Below, piece by piece: positions 22,688 through 35,221 of a stretch of 64,000 bases of DNA. The stretch spans positions 310,001 through 374,000 of the forward strand of contig JABVCE010000023.1 of NCBI GenBank assembly GCA_014905635.1. Direction: 5' to 3'. Under the pieces are notes generated by a model. The model saw only the letters and a program-made list of their open reading frames with translations. It was not told where the DNA came from and ran no database searches. Numbering within the stretch: position 1 is the first letter of the stretch; each line of letters starts with the position of its first letter. The DNA is from Scenedesmus sp. PABB004 (taxonomy: Eukaryota). The position numbers and the translations under genes are program-made.

Positions 22688-25600
22688 CTACGGCGGCCGC
22701 GCCTGCGGCTGCTCCCTGCCCCGCCACTGCTCTGCGGCGGCCTCCAGCTCGCGCACGAGGCGCGCCAGCCGCGCGACCTGCGCGCGCAGCGCGTCCGCGC
22801 CCTCGCCGCCGCCGGGCTGGGCGGCGCGGGCGGCGGCTGCTGCCCCGCCGGCGTGCTGACCGCGCTGCCGCCGCCCGTGCCGCCGCCCTCCGCCTGCGCC
22901 GCCAGCTGCTCGTCGGCCGGCCGCAGCAGCGGGTGCTCCTGCGCGGGTGCGTGGGCAGGCGGGAGCTCCGCAGCCACGCACGCGCCCCCCTGCGCGCGCC
23001 CCCTGCGTGTGCAGCCGCCCCGCCCAGCCCGCCGCCCGCACCTTGACGCCGGGCGGGGCGTGCGCGCCCAGCGGCAGCGCGCCGGGGCTGGTGCCGCCCG
23101 GCGGGCCGCGCGCCAGGTCGGCCATGCTGCTGCCGGCGGTGGTCGGCGGCGAGGGACCGTCGAGCGCGCCGCTCGAGCCGCGCAGCGCGGGGATCGTGTC
23201 GCCCGGGGCCTGCGCGCCGTCGCCGCCGCCGCCGCCGCCGGCCTTCTGAGCCAGCCTGCGGCGTGGCGGCGCAGTGGCGCGCGCCGCGCGCGGCTTGGCA
23301 GCGGCGCCCGCCGCCGCCGCACAGCGCGCCGCGCAGCGCGCCGCCGGCGCCGCCACGCGCGCCGCGCGCTGGCCGCGCACCGCCGGCGGTCCCTGTGTCG
23401 ATCGCGGTGCAGCGCGCGCAGCGTGTCTGTGAGGCTCGGGTAGCTCTCCAGCAGGTCGGCCATGTCCTCCTGCGCGAGGCGCAGCATGTAGCACGCAGTC
23501 TTGCACCACAGGTTCTCAGACCGCTTCGCACGCACACCGCCCTGCGCCGCCGACCGCGCGAGACGGGCGGGCGGCGGAGGCTCGCCGGGCGGCGGCAGCG
23601 GCGGCGGCGGCGGCGGCGGGGGGGGGGGCAGCCGCGGCGCGCAGGGGGCGCCGTGCTGCGCCGCGTGCCGCGCCTCCATGTGTCGCAGCACGGTGCCCTC
23701 GCCGAAGACGGAGCCCTCGGGGATCTTGGCCAGGCAGGTGGTGGCGTCGAGGTCGAGCACGTGCAGCTCGCCGCGCAGCAGGATGAACACGTCGCCCCCA
23801 GACTCGCCTGACAGGCGGGCGGGTGGTGGGCGGGTGGGCGGGTGGGCGGGTGTGTGGGTGTGTGCGGTTCTGTGGGTGTGGGGGTGGAGGGCTGATCAGC
23901 CCTCCTCACGAGGAGCAGGGCTCGGCGCCGCGCGGCCGCTGGGCGGCGCGGCGGCCCCGCGTCACGCTAAACCCTAAGCCCTAAGCCTCTACCCCCTGGC
24001 CCCACCGCACCACGCTGGTAGACGTAGGTCTCCGCCGAGCAGTTGTACGGCTGCAGGCGGCTGCAGGCGTCGCTGAGGAAGAGCTCGTCGTGCGACAGCG
24101 CGCGCAGCAGCGGCACGCTCGCGATCGCGCCGGCGTAGAGGTGGCGCAGCACCTTGGCGCGCAGCTCAAACGGCAGCGCCGCGAGCACCGCGCCGCGGTC
24201 GTAGGGCTTGATCTTCTGCTTGCGGAACATGTCCAGCACGCTGCGTGGGTGGGTGTGGTGGGTGTGGGTGTGGGTGTGTTAAGGGGGGGGGGGTCAAAGG
24301 CGGCGGCGGTGCAGGGGCGCAGGGGGCGCAGGGCGGCGACGCGTCGCGCGCCGTCTCAGCGCGCGCGGCGCATCGCACCGCCGCGCGAGGTGCCGTGGCA
24401 GCTCCACGTCCTTGAGGAACGTGGTGACGACCTCGAGCTTCTCGTTGACCGCGGTGCGGTGGCTGTCGAGCTTGGCGACGAGGCTGGCCATGCGCCCCAC
24501 GACAAAGGAGAAGAAGAAGCCGCTCACGATCATGGTCGTGATGGCCCACAGCTTCTCAGCGAGCGTCGTGGAGCTGTGCAGCAGCAGCGGCGGCGGCGGG
24601 CGCGGCCGCCCTCACGCTCGGCGGCGCAGCGGCAGCCCTGCCCCCGCTCGACGGTCGCCGCCGCCTGTCCCTGCTCTCTCCCGCCAGCCGCCGCGGCCCA
24701 CAGCGCGCCTGATGTCGCCGTACCCCACGGTGGTCATGGTCGTATAGGCCCAGTACATGCTGGTCACGTAGCGGAAGGCCAGGCCGTAGTGGCTCGCGCA
24801 GCGCAGCCGCGGGCCCGCGCACCCGGGGCAGGGCGTGGCGGCGTAGCCCCAGTCGGGGCAGAGCCACCAGCGCCCCGTCGCGGCGTCGAGCGCGGCGCCG
24901 CGCGGCGGCGGCGCGCCGGCGGGCGGCGGCGGCTCCAGCGGGGTGGGCATCATGAGCACCTTGTCCCCGCCAAAGGCGTGACTCATCCAGGTCGTCATCT
25001 CGCCGCTCGCGATCAGCGCCTGCTCGTCTGCCGGGCCGCGCGCGGGCGCGACGCGCCGCGCAGGCGCGCGGGTCAGGGCGCGCGCCCGGCGGCGGCGGCG
25101 GCCGCGGCGACGCACCCGCGCGTGCGCGTGCGCCTCCCGCGTCCCGCGCGCGCACGCTTGGTCTGCCAGGGCGGCGTTGAGAGGAGGTAGAAGAAGCAGC
25201 CGCTGACGTGGCCGAGGTAGAGGAGTATGATGACCAGCTCCAGGATGCTCAGCAGCGGCAGGATGGCGTACAGGTCGTCCTGCAGGCCGGCGCGGCGCGG
25301 CGCGGCGAGGTGCGCAGGCGCGCAGGCGGGGCGGTGCGGTGGGCCGCGGCGCACGGGCCTGCGCGGCTGCGCGCGCCGCATCGTGCCGCCCGCGCGCCGC
25401 CCGTGCCCGCACCGCAAAGTCTCCCAGCACGACGCTGAAGTGCATGAACTTGACGTGCTTCAGGATCCACACGACGCGGAAGAAGCGCAGCAGGCGCAGC
25501 AGGCCGACCACGCTCACGCTGCCGTCGCCGACGACGCTCCAGCTGCAGTCGCCGCGCAGCGAGCAGGCCCACGTGCCCTGCGCCGCGCGCGCGCGTGGCC

Positions 25601-26651
25601 GGGCGCGTGAGCGCGCCCCGACCGCGCCCCGCGGCGGCACCCCGGCGGCGCGCCGCGGCGTCACCTCGACCGCGCGCACGACGTAGTCCACGGGCAGCGT
25701 GGCGAGCAGGTCGATAGCGAACCAGCCGCACAGGTAGCGCCGCGCGATGGACCGGTGGTCGGTCACGATGTCGCCCGTCAGCGCGTCCTGCGCGCGGTGC
25801 GTGGCGCGGCGGCGGCGTGCGCGGCGGCGGCGTGCGCAGCGCGGCGTGGCGAGGCTGCTGCGCAGCCGCAGCGGGGCGCTGGACCAGCGCGGCGGTGCAG
25901 TGGCCGGCGCGCCTCGTATGCAGTGAAGAAGTTGAGTGCGAGGTCGGCGTAGAAAAAGAGGTCGATCATGCCCTCAAACCAGAACCACAGGCCCTCGCTG
26001 GGGATGTTGAAGCCCTGCGAGGCGCGCCGGCGCCGGCGGCGGCGCGTCGGGCGAGCCCCGCGCGGTGCAGCCTGCTGGGCGGCCGGGCGCCGCCGCACCA
26101 CGCGCACGGGCGTGACCCACACGATGTACATGGCCACCGCCAGCTGGACCTGCATCCACCTGCGGCAGCGAGGCAGCGGCGCCGCGCGCCGGCGGGGCGG
26201 CGGCGCGGTCAGCCGCTGGTCGTCGCGCCGCCAGCCGTGGTCGCGGCGCTGCCCCGCTGGCTGGCCGCTCACGCGGTGCGGAAGGCGCCATCAGGGAGGA
26301 TGATGAGCTTGCCGTCGAGGCTGGGCGCCGGGCCGTCCGCGTCGGGCGCGCCGCCGAGGTCGAAGCCCGACGCCTGCCGCCCGAACGGCGAGTCGGCAGC
26401 AAAGCGCGGGGAGTCCAGGAAGCGCGGGGTGGACGGCCTGGGCGTGGGGCCGGCGGCCGGCTGTGGGCGCGCAGCGGCCGCCGCCGACAGCAGCGCGCCC
26501 GCCGCGCGCCGCACCGCTGCGGCTCCAGCGGCGCGCGGCCCGCCAGCAGCGCCGCCTCAGAGCCCTCTCCGGCCGTGAGACCGTCATCCGCGGCCTCCTG
26601 GGCGCCGAAGCGGCCGAAGGCGCTCCACCTGCCCCCTGACCGCAGGTCCAT
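22688..26651 (-). CDS. Voltage-gated K+ channel with C-terminal cyclic-nucleotide-binding domain (EAG/HCN/Shaker-like), multi-exon
   Basis: S1-S6 helices (WFAIDLLATLP, S4 LLRLLRFFRVV), pore YVTSMYWAYTTMTTVGYGDI, C-linker VLAALPFELRAKV, CNBD MFILLRGEL..GSVFGE..KRSENL and a C-terminal coiled coil LRAQVARLARLVRELE. The start ATG at 26651 is inferred. Confidence 0.9.
23967..23987. repeat. Short interstitial telomere-like repeat in a channel intron
   Basis: CTAAACCCTAAGCCCTAAGCC is about 3 degenerate CCCTAAA units (plant/green-algal TTTAGGG type). Confidence 0.55.
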
Positions 26652-26976
26652 CTCCCGCCGCAGCGCGCCCCGGGGCGTGGTGGCGTCGGCGTGAGCGGCC
26701 CCGCGAGCGATTCGGGCGCGGGGCGCGGTCGCACGGGCGAGGCGAGCGCGGGGCGCGCCGGGGGTGCGCCGTCAAAGCGGGTTCAACGCGTCGGACCGCA
26801 CGCGCCGTCGCGGCGTCGGTCGTGCCAGGCGCCCCAGCGCAGCCCCTCGCCCCAGCACCGCTTCCCTGCGCATGCGCGCTGCCCGGCCCCAACCAAACAC
26901 GCACAAGAATGGCAGCCGGCGCCAGGCGGCGCCACACTTAACGCATCCCCGCCCCCGCGCTCCTGCCTCCTCTGTC

Positions 26977-27665
26977 CTACATGCACCCGCAGCCGCCGCC
27001 CGGCGCCTTGGCCGACGCAATGAGGTAGCTCTGCCACACCAGCGTGCGCACGCCGCCGTGCGCGGCCTCGTCGTACACGTCGCGCAGCGCCGCCGCCGTG
27101 GCGGCCGCGGCGGCGGCCACGGCGGCCGCCTGGCCCGGCTCCTCCGCCAGCAGCGCGATCGGCGCGCCGACCGGGACGGAGGCGCCCTCGGGCACCAGCA
27201 GCGCCGCGACGACCGCCTCCTCCTGCGCCTCCAGGCTAAGCACCACTTCGCCTGCAAATTCGTCGTTTCTGTAACCTTCCTCGACGAGCGACTCCGTCCC
27301 AACCTGTGTACGCGGCGGGCGGCACGCGGCGCTGTCGGCGGACCCCAGGCGACGGCGGCGGGCGCGCTCTCGCCCCCGGCGGCCGCCGCCGCTGCACTGC
27401 ACTGCTGCTGGCCGCTCGCCTCGAGCAGCAGGTCGTACTCGGCCACGCTGTCGCCGACAGCCTTCAGCCAGCGCGCCACGCGGCCGTGCGTCATGCTCGG
27501 CGACAGCGCCGGCATCGGCAGCACGATCGCGCCGTCCGGCAGCACCAGGCGGCGCGAACCCGGCGGCGCCGACGACGCCGCCGCTGTGCTGCCAGCGGCG
27601 GCGGAGCAGCGCCGCGCCAGCTGCCCGGCGGCAGCCGCCTGCCGCGCCGCCGCGCGCAGCAGCAT
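26977..27665 (-). CDS. Small protein with a single biotinyl/lipoyl-attachment-like domain and a probable mitochondrial presequence (2 exons)
   Basis: MLLRAAARQ.. presequence, then LPMPALSPSMTHGRVARWLKAVGDSVAEYDLLLE|VGTESL...EAQEEAVVAALLVPEGASVPVGAPIALLAEE, which matches the PDH E2 lipoyl-domain pattern. Stop at 26977-26979. Confidence 0.85.
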
Positions 27666-28018
27666 CGCTTCGCCGGGGGCGCTAGCGCCGCCGTGGCGGC
27701 CCCATCGCGTGGAAGCGGGCCTGTCTGCTGTGTGGCGGGCCTGTCTGCTGTGTGGATGTGTCGGAGCTGCTGGGCGGCGCGTGGGCTGAGAGGGAGACCG
27801 GCGGGCGCCGGCGCCGCAGCGCGCTTTTGCCTGATTGGGTGTGACAGGGTCGCGGCTGTCCCAGAGGAGAAGCGCCGGTCCTTCCGCTCACCGCCACAGT
27901 CGAAGCTGGGCGCTGCCGCGCGAGCTGGGCGCAGCAGCGCGTAGGCCCCGCGCCCGTGATGGCGGGAGGCGCCGCCCGAGCAGGCGCCGCGTGACCGTCA
28001 GTGGCCGGGCGGTCGCGC

Positions 28019-31000
28019 ATGGCGCGTGCGGCGGCGGCGGCGGCGCGGCGCCCGGCGCTGCTGCTGCCGCTGCTGCTGCTCGCGGCGGCGGGTGCCGCGG
28101 CGCAGGCGGCGCAGACGATGGACGCCTCCATCTTCCTGCCCGCGGACGACCTGCCCGGCCAGCGCGCGGCGCTGCTGGAGCTGCTGGCGACGGTCGGCAA
28201 CGCCAGCGACCTCGGCGACGGCGGCAGCACGCTGCGGCACGTCGGCTACCCCGGCCTGGCCGCGTGGGGCACGGCCAACGTGTCCTACTGCTGGTGGTGG
28301 GGCGTGTCGTGCTGCGGCCAGACGCTCACCAGCGAGCTCGCGGTGCGCGCCGGCGCGGGCGCCCAGCAGCAGCGGGCGCCGCGGCGCGCGCCGCGGCGCG
28401 CGCGCGCCGCGCTGTGCGGCGGCGGGCGCCGGCCCACGCGCCGCGCGCACGCCCGCCGCCGGCCGCCGCCCGCAGCTGTGCGACCAGGCCCTGGAGTCGG
28501 GGCAGTCGGTCAGCGGCCTGGAGCTGCCGGCGGTCGGGCTCAAGGGCACGCTGCCGGACCTCTTTGCCGCACTGCCAGACCTCCAGGTCCTTGACGTCAG
28601 CTACAACCGCGGTGAGCACGCGCCGCCGCGCGCGCCCCGGCGGCGGCACGGCGGCGCCGAGCCGCGGCCCGCTCACCCGCGGCGCACCGCCCGCCCCGCG
28701 CGCCCGCGGCGCGCGCGCCGCAGGCCTGCGCGGCACGCTGCCGCCGAGCCTGGGCGGGCTGCGCTCGCTGTGGCAGCTCAACATCGAGGGCACCGGCATG
28801 CAGTGCAACGACACGGCGCAGCGCCCGCCGCCGTGCCCGCTGCCGCCCTGGCTGACGCAGCGCAGCGCGGTCTACTACTACGACGGCTCGGGCCTCGAGT
28901 GCCCGACGATCACCTTCACCTCGCCGCGGCAGGGCGAGGAGAAGCTCGCGCGGGTGTACCGCGGCGCGCCCGCGCCAGAGGTGCGACGCGACGCGCGGCG
29001 CGGCGCGGCTTGCAAGCCGCCGCGGCCGCGGCCCGCCGCCGCGGCCGCCGCGGCGCGCCGAGCGCCGCGAAACCTGCGGCCGCCGGGGCGCAGGTGATCG
29101 TGTCGAGCCTCTACTACAGCGCGAGCGGCTGCATGCTCGCGGTGCCGGGGCAGCCGGGCGTGCTGGGCGAGAACGAGGCGACCAACCTGAGCCAGGCGGT
29201 GCTGGTGATTGTCATCCTCGTGCCCAGCCTCGCGGTGAGCGTGGGCCTCGTGCTGCTGAGTGTCGCGCTCATGCGCTACCTCCGCTACCTCAAGCGCTCC
29301 CACGACGCCATCCACCTCACCGAGGCCTGGAAGCGGCGCAACCCGCCCGGCATCATCAGCGACGGCAACGACCGGTGGGGGGCTCAGGCCGGCGGCGCCG
29401 CGCGCGCGCGCCGCGCGCGGCGCCTGGCGCTCCCGTGCGCCGCGCCGCACCGCGCCCCACGCGCGCGCCCCCGCGCGCGCCGCAGCGTGCTTCGCGAGGT
29501 CACGCTGGTGGTGACGGACGTGGAGGGCTCCACGGAGCTGTGGGAGTGGGACTACGGCACCATGACGCTCGCGCAGGAGATACACGACAGCGTCATGCGC
29601 AGCCTCATCGGCAGGCGCGCGCCGCGCCCCCGCGCTGCGCGCGCCGGCCTCGTGCCCCCGGCGCCGCGCGCCGCGCCGCGCCGCGCCCGCCCGCACAGCT
29701 TCCGCCGCCGCGCCCGCCGCCCGCCGCGCGCCGCGCGCCGCGCGCGCGCGCTGTGGCTAAACCGCACCGCCGCCCTCGTCCCTAAACCCCAGGTACTGCG
29801 GCTACGAGGTCACCACGGAGGGCGACTCGTTCACCATCGCCTTCCACGATGCCTTTGACGCGACGGCCTGGGCGCTCGCGATGCAGGCGGCGATGCTCGA
29901 GGCCGACTGGCCGCCCGCGCTGCTCGCGCACGCGCGCGCCGCGGTCGTCGTCAGCAGCACCGCCGACAGCAGCCGCCCCGGGCAGCTGCTCTTCAGGGGC
30001 CTGCGCGTGCGCGTGGCCATCAGCACGGGTGGGTGGGCGGGGCGCCACGCGCGCCGCGCGCGCCGCACAGTGGCGCAGGTCGCGCGGCACACGGCTGCAG
30101 CGCGCGACCCGCGCCCCGCGCCCCGCGCCGCCGCGTGCCGCCGCACGTGCGCCCGCAGGCATCCCGAGCGCCGTGTACGGCCACGAGCTCACCTCCGCCC
30201 TCATGTACGCCGGGCCGGTCACCGACCTCGTCGCGGCGCTCGCCGACCTGCCTGCCGGCGGACAGGTGCGCGGCGCGCGGGCGCCGGCGGCAGGGGGGGG
30301 GCACGGCCGCCGGCGGCGGCGCGCGCGGCCGCACACGCCGCGCGGCGCTGCGCTGCCGCGCCTGGCAGGTGCTGCTGGGGCCCACCACCTTCAGCGCCAT
30401 TGCCTCTCGCCTGGCGGAGCTGGGTGTGCGGCTGATGCTCACGGAGGGCGAGGCCGCGGCGGCGGAGCAGGCCGGCGGCGGCAGCGTCGGCCGCGGGGCG
30501 CTGGGGCGCGGCAGCCGGGGCAGCGCCGCCAGGGCGGCCGGGTCGGCGCGCGGCAACAGCGCCTCATCCTCCAGCGACAGCGCCGCGTTTGCGGAGCCGC
30601 GCAACGGCGAGCTGGCGCTGCCGCCCCCGCCGGCGCACGCGCCGCGGGCGACGCGGGGAAGCTGGGCGTGCTCGGCGGCGGCGCCGGCGGCGGCGGCGGC
30701 GGCGCGCAGGGCGGCGGCTGGCTCAGCTGGCTGCCACGTCGCGGCGGCCGCGGCGCCATGTCGCCACGTGCGTCATCGGGTGCGTGGCGGCTCGATCTGC
30801 GCGTGCTGGCGCGGTGCCGGGCGCGCTGCCCCCCCCCCCCCCATCTGCCTGCCTGACGCGCCGCGCCGCGCCGCGCCGCGCCGCGCCGCGCCCGCCAGGC
30901 GGCGTGCACAGCTCCGGCCGCCTCTTCTCCAGCAGCGCCGGCTCGCGCCGGCTCGCGAGCGCCGACCTCGAGGCGCCGCGCGGCGGCGCCGGCACGGGCG

Positions 31001-33225
31001 GCGGCGGCGGCGGCGCCGCCGCCGGCGCGGGCCCCGCCGCCGCGCGGCCGCAGCGGCGATGTCGGACAACGAGCACATTCCCATGGTCATGGACCTGGGC
31101 AGCCACTGGCTCGACGGCGCCGTCCCGGCGGCCGCGCCGCCCGGCAACCCGGGGCTCGCGCTCGCGGGCGTGCGCCTCGCGCAGATCGTCAGCCGTCGCC
31201 TCGCGCCGCGCACGGCGCACTTCCCGCCGCTACCGACGCCGCGCCAGGTGCGGCGCGCGCGGGGCGTGCGGGGCGCCGCGCCGCCGCCGCCGCCGTGCGC
31301 GCGCCTTGCCGTCCCCGCTGTCCCGCCGCACGCACCGTCACACCTCACCAACTCGCCATCTCACCATCTCACCATCTCACCGTCTCACCATCTCACCAAC
31401 TCACCATCACCCCCCCCCCCCCCACACACACACAAACACACACACCACACACACCGCACCACACCACCCACCCTCCCAGGTCTACCCCTCCTACTGGCAG
31501 GCCCCCGCCGCCAGCCTGTCGCTGCTGCCAGACGGCCTCGCCTTCAAGGGCGGATGCCTGCCCGCGGTGACGCAGCGCCTGGCGCACGCGCCCCGCGCGC
31601 GCGCGCGCCGCCGCCGTGCGTGCGCCGGCGCTGACCGCCGCCGCGCTGACCGCCGCCGCGCTGACCGCCGCGCTGACCGCCGCCCGCCGCGCTGACCGCG
31701 GCGCGGCGCGGGCCAGGTGACGATGGCCTTCTGTGCCCCCGACGGCATGCGCGCGCTCGAGGCGGCGGGCGGGCGCGCGGGCAAGCAGGCGCGCGAGATG
31801 TTTTGCTGCGCCGTGCGCACGACGCTGTCGGCGTGCCGCGGCTACGAGTGCCAGGAGACGGACGGCATCTTCATGGCCGCATTTGCGCACCCAGGTGGGT
31901 GTGTGGGTGTGTGGGTGTGTGTGTGTGGGGGGGGGGGGGGGTGTGCCGCGGCCAAAGCGCCGGGCCAGGGAGAGCCACTGGCCGCGCGGCGCGCGCCGCA
32001 CCGAGCGCGCGCGCCGCCGCGCGCCGCCGCTCGCCGCGCCGCAGGCGACGCGCTCGAGTGGGCGTGCGTGCTGCACCTCGCGCTCATGTGCGTGCACTGG
32101 GCGCCCGAGGTGCTGGCCTGCCCCGCCGCGCGCGAGGTGTACGGCCCCAGCGGCGAGCTGCTGTTCCGGGGCGTGCGCGCGCGCGTGGGAATCTACAAGG
32201 TGGGCGCCACGCAGCACACGCCGCGGGGCGGGGGCCCGCGCCCGCGGCGCCGTCGCCGCGCGCGGTGGCCCCACGCACCCGCCCCGCGCCGCGCGCCGCG
32301 CCGCGCCGTGGGTGGCTCGCCGCGCCGCGTGTCTCAACAGGGCGACATCACACGCATCATCCCTCACCGCGCCACGGGCCGCGCCGACTACTTTGGACCG
32401 CCGGTGCGCGCCGCGCCCGCATGTGCATGCGCGCACGCGCATGCGCGCGGCCCAGCGGCCGCGCCCAGGGCGCAGCGCCCGACCCCGAGTGCGCGCGCCC
32501 GCCGGCCCACGCGCGCGCGCGCCGCGCAGGTCAACCGCGCCGCGCGCTTCCTGGCCGCCAGCTCGCCGGGGCAGGTGCTGGCGGAGCGGGGGCTGGTCGA
32601 GAGCTACGTGCAGGCCTGGAGCCGACCCGAGCAGGCGCGCGGGGCAACGGGCGGGGCGCCGGGCGCGCCGGGGCTGCGTGCGCCGCGCGGGCGCGGCGCC
32701 TCGCGCGCCCCTGAGCCGCCGACACCCCCCCCCCTGCCCCGCCCCGTCCCCCTCCTCGCCTCTGCGCGCGAGCGCAGCAAGCGTCGCTGTCGCTGCGCGC
32801 GGCGCAGCTGCTGGCGTCCTTCAACGGCAGCGTCGCGTCGCGCCGCCTCAGCAGCAGTCTGCACGGCGCCACCGCGACAGCAGCCGCGGCGGCGGCCGCC
32901 GTGGCCGCCGCCGACACTGCAGAAGCAGCCGAGGGCGCCGCCGCGGCGCAGGGCGGCGGGCCGCCTGGCTCGCCGCCGCAGCAGCGGGCGGTGCCCAGGA
33001 GCGGCAGCGGCCGCTCCGGCGAGGACGGCAGCCCCCGCCAGCAGGCAGAGCAGCAGCAGCCAGGCGCAGCGGGCTCGCAGCCGCAGCCGGACAGCACGCA
33101 GGGGGCGCGGCAGCTGGGCCGGCGGGGGCAGCAGCCTCAGGCCAGCAGCTTTTCGTTTGCAGCCTCGTCTGCTCCGTTCGGCGGCGACACGCGGCAGGAG
33201 TCGTGCACGCTGCTGCCGTTGGCGA

Positions 33226-33256
<31 letters not shown>

Positions 33257-34482
33257 GCAGCCGCAGCTGGGCTTGCCCGGCGTGTCGAGCTTTGCTGCGG
33301 CGGCGCACGCGCCGGTCTCGCCGGGCAACAGCGCGGACGAGCTGACGTCGGTGCACAGCTTTGGCCGCGTGCCGACGCTGTCGGGCGGGCTCCCGAGCTC
33401 AGCCAGCAGGGACCACAGCGCCACGGCGAGCCGGCGCAGCAGCAGCGGCGCCGACAGCTGCGAGGCGCCCCCCGCCGACGCGGGCGAGGCGGCGGCGCCG
33501 ACGCAGCAGGCCAAGTGCGCGCGCGGCGCGCCGGTGCCGCTGGGGCTGCCCACGCTCTACGAGGGCGGCGGCGAGCCCGCGGGCCAGCAGCAGCAGCAGC
33601 AGCAGCAGGAGCAGGAGCAGCAGCAGCAGGAGCAGCCGGCGCAGCGCGCCAGCAGCGACAGCCAGGCCGAACTCCTCAGGGCCGCCGGCGAGCAGCTGGC
33701 CGGCGGCGCCGGCGGCGCGGGGCTGGGAATGCAGCGCAGCGCCACGTTTGCGCGTGAGCTGTTTGCGGGCTTTGACGCGACGTCGGGGGAGCTCGACGAC
33801 GCCGACCCGGACGCCGACGAGCCAGGCGCGCCGGCGGCGCCCCCTGCGGGCCCGGGGCGGCGCCTGGCGAGCTTCCTCGGCCGCGCCGGCTCGCTCGGCT
33901 ACTCGCCGCCCGCCGCCGGCGGCGCCGGCAGCGCCGAGGCGGAGGGCCTCGCGGCGCCTGCGCTGTCCGGCTCGGGGCACCCCGGCCGCCTGCGCGGCGT
34001 GCGCAGCTTCATCTCAAGCCTGGGCGCCGCGCATGGCGCGGCGGCGCCGCACCACGCGCGCGCCGGCTCGTCGTCGGGCGGGCACGAGCTGCTGCTCTGG
34101 GGCGGCGAGGTCGGCGGCGGGCAGGCGCCGCCCTACGTGGGCAGGGGCGGCGCGCTGCGCAACGGCAGCTGGAGCGGGCCGGCGACGCTGGGCGGCGGCG
34201 CGCCCGTGGCGCGGCAGCCGCGCGGCCCGAGCTTCAGCGGCCGGCGGCCGGAGCTGCAGCAGCTGCTGCAGCAGAAGCGGGCCGCGGCGGAGCAGCTGTC
34301 GGTGGAGGCCGGCGCGGCGGGCGCGGCGCGCCTGCCCGAGCACGGCAGCGTGCCGCACACGCCCTACGCCGACGCCAGCCTCAGCCACGAGGGCCTGCGC
34401 GTGAGCAGTAGCAAGGCGCACCGCGACTCGCCGGCCAGCCCCGGCAGCTCGGCGGCCGCGCCGGGGCTGCACTGCAACACGC

Positions 34483-34517
<35 letters not shown>

Positions 34518-35151
34518 TCCGCCGTGGCCAGCCCGCACGCCGCCGCCAGCCCGCGCATCTCTGGCGGCAGCGCGTCGCCCGCGGCGGGCGGCAGCCCGCG
34601 CCTCGCGCTCGGCGGCGGTGCCGGGCCGCTCGGCGAGGCGCTCACGGGCGCGGTGCCGCTGGAGGCGCTGACGGGGCTGCGCCTGACCAAGCTGGGCAAG
34701 CACCAGAGCTTCATCCTGCAGGCCCTCAAGGACCAGGCGCGCGGCGGCGAGGGGGGCGCCGGGCGCGGCGCGGGGCGCTGCTGGCCGCGTGCGCGCGCCG
34801 TGCTGAGCGCCGCCACCACCACGCCGCCGCCGCCGCCGCGCGCCGCCGCCGCCGCGCCGCCGCCGCCGCAGGCGAGCCGCTCGCCCGCGCCGGCGCGCGT
34901 GCCGCTGCGCGTGCAGGTGCACGACACGGGTACGTGGACGTTCAAGGGCATCGCCGGCGCGCACCCGGTCGTGCTGGTGCTGCCGAGCCGCCTCGCGGGG
35001 CGGCTCGAGGCGACGCCGCCCAAGCGGTCGAGCAAGGCCACGTGCGTCGCGCCCGGCGCGGGGCTGCTGGCCGAGCTGTGGGTTGAGGCGGTCAACCTCG
35101 ACACCCTGCTGCTCGACCCCACGCTCCTCGTCGCCGGCGCCGGCGCGCCGC

Positions 35152-35221
<70 letters not shown>

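Noticed and set aside
31035..31055. Frameshift in the cyclase gene
   Set aside because: One missing G in a GCG repeat restores the frame, which fits a systematic deletion error.
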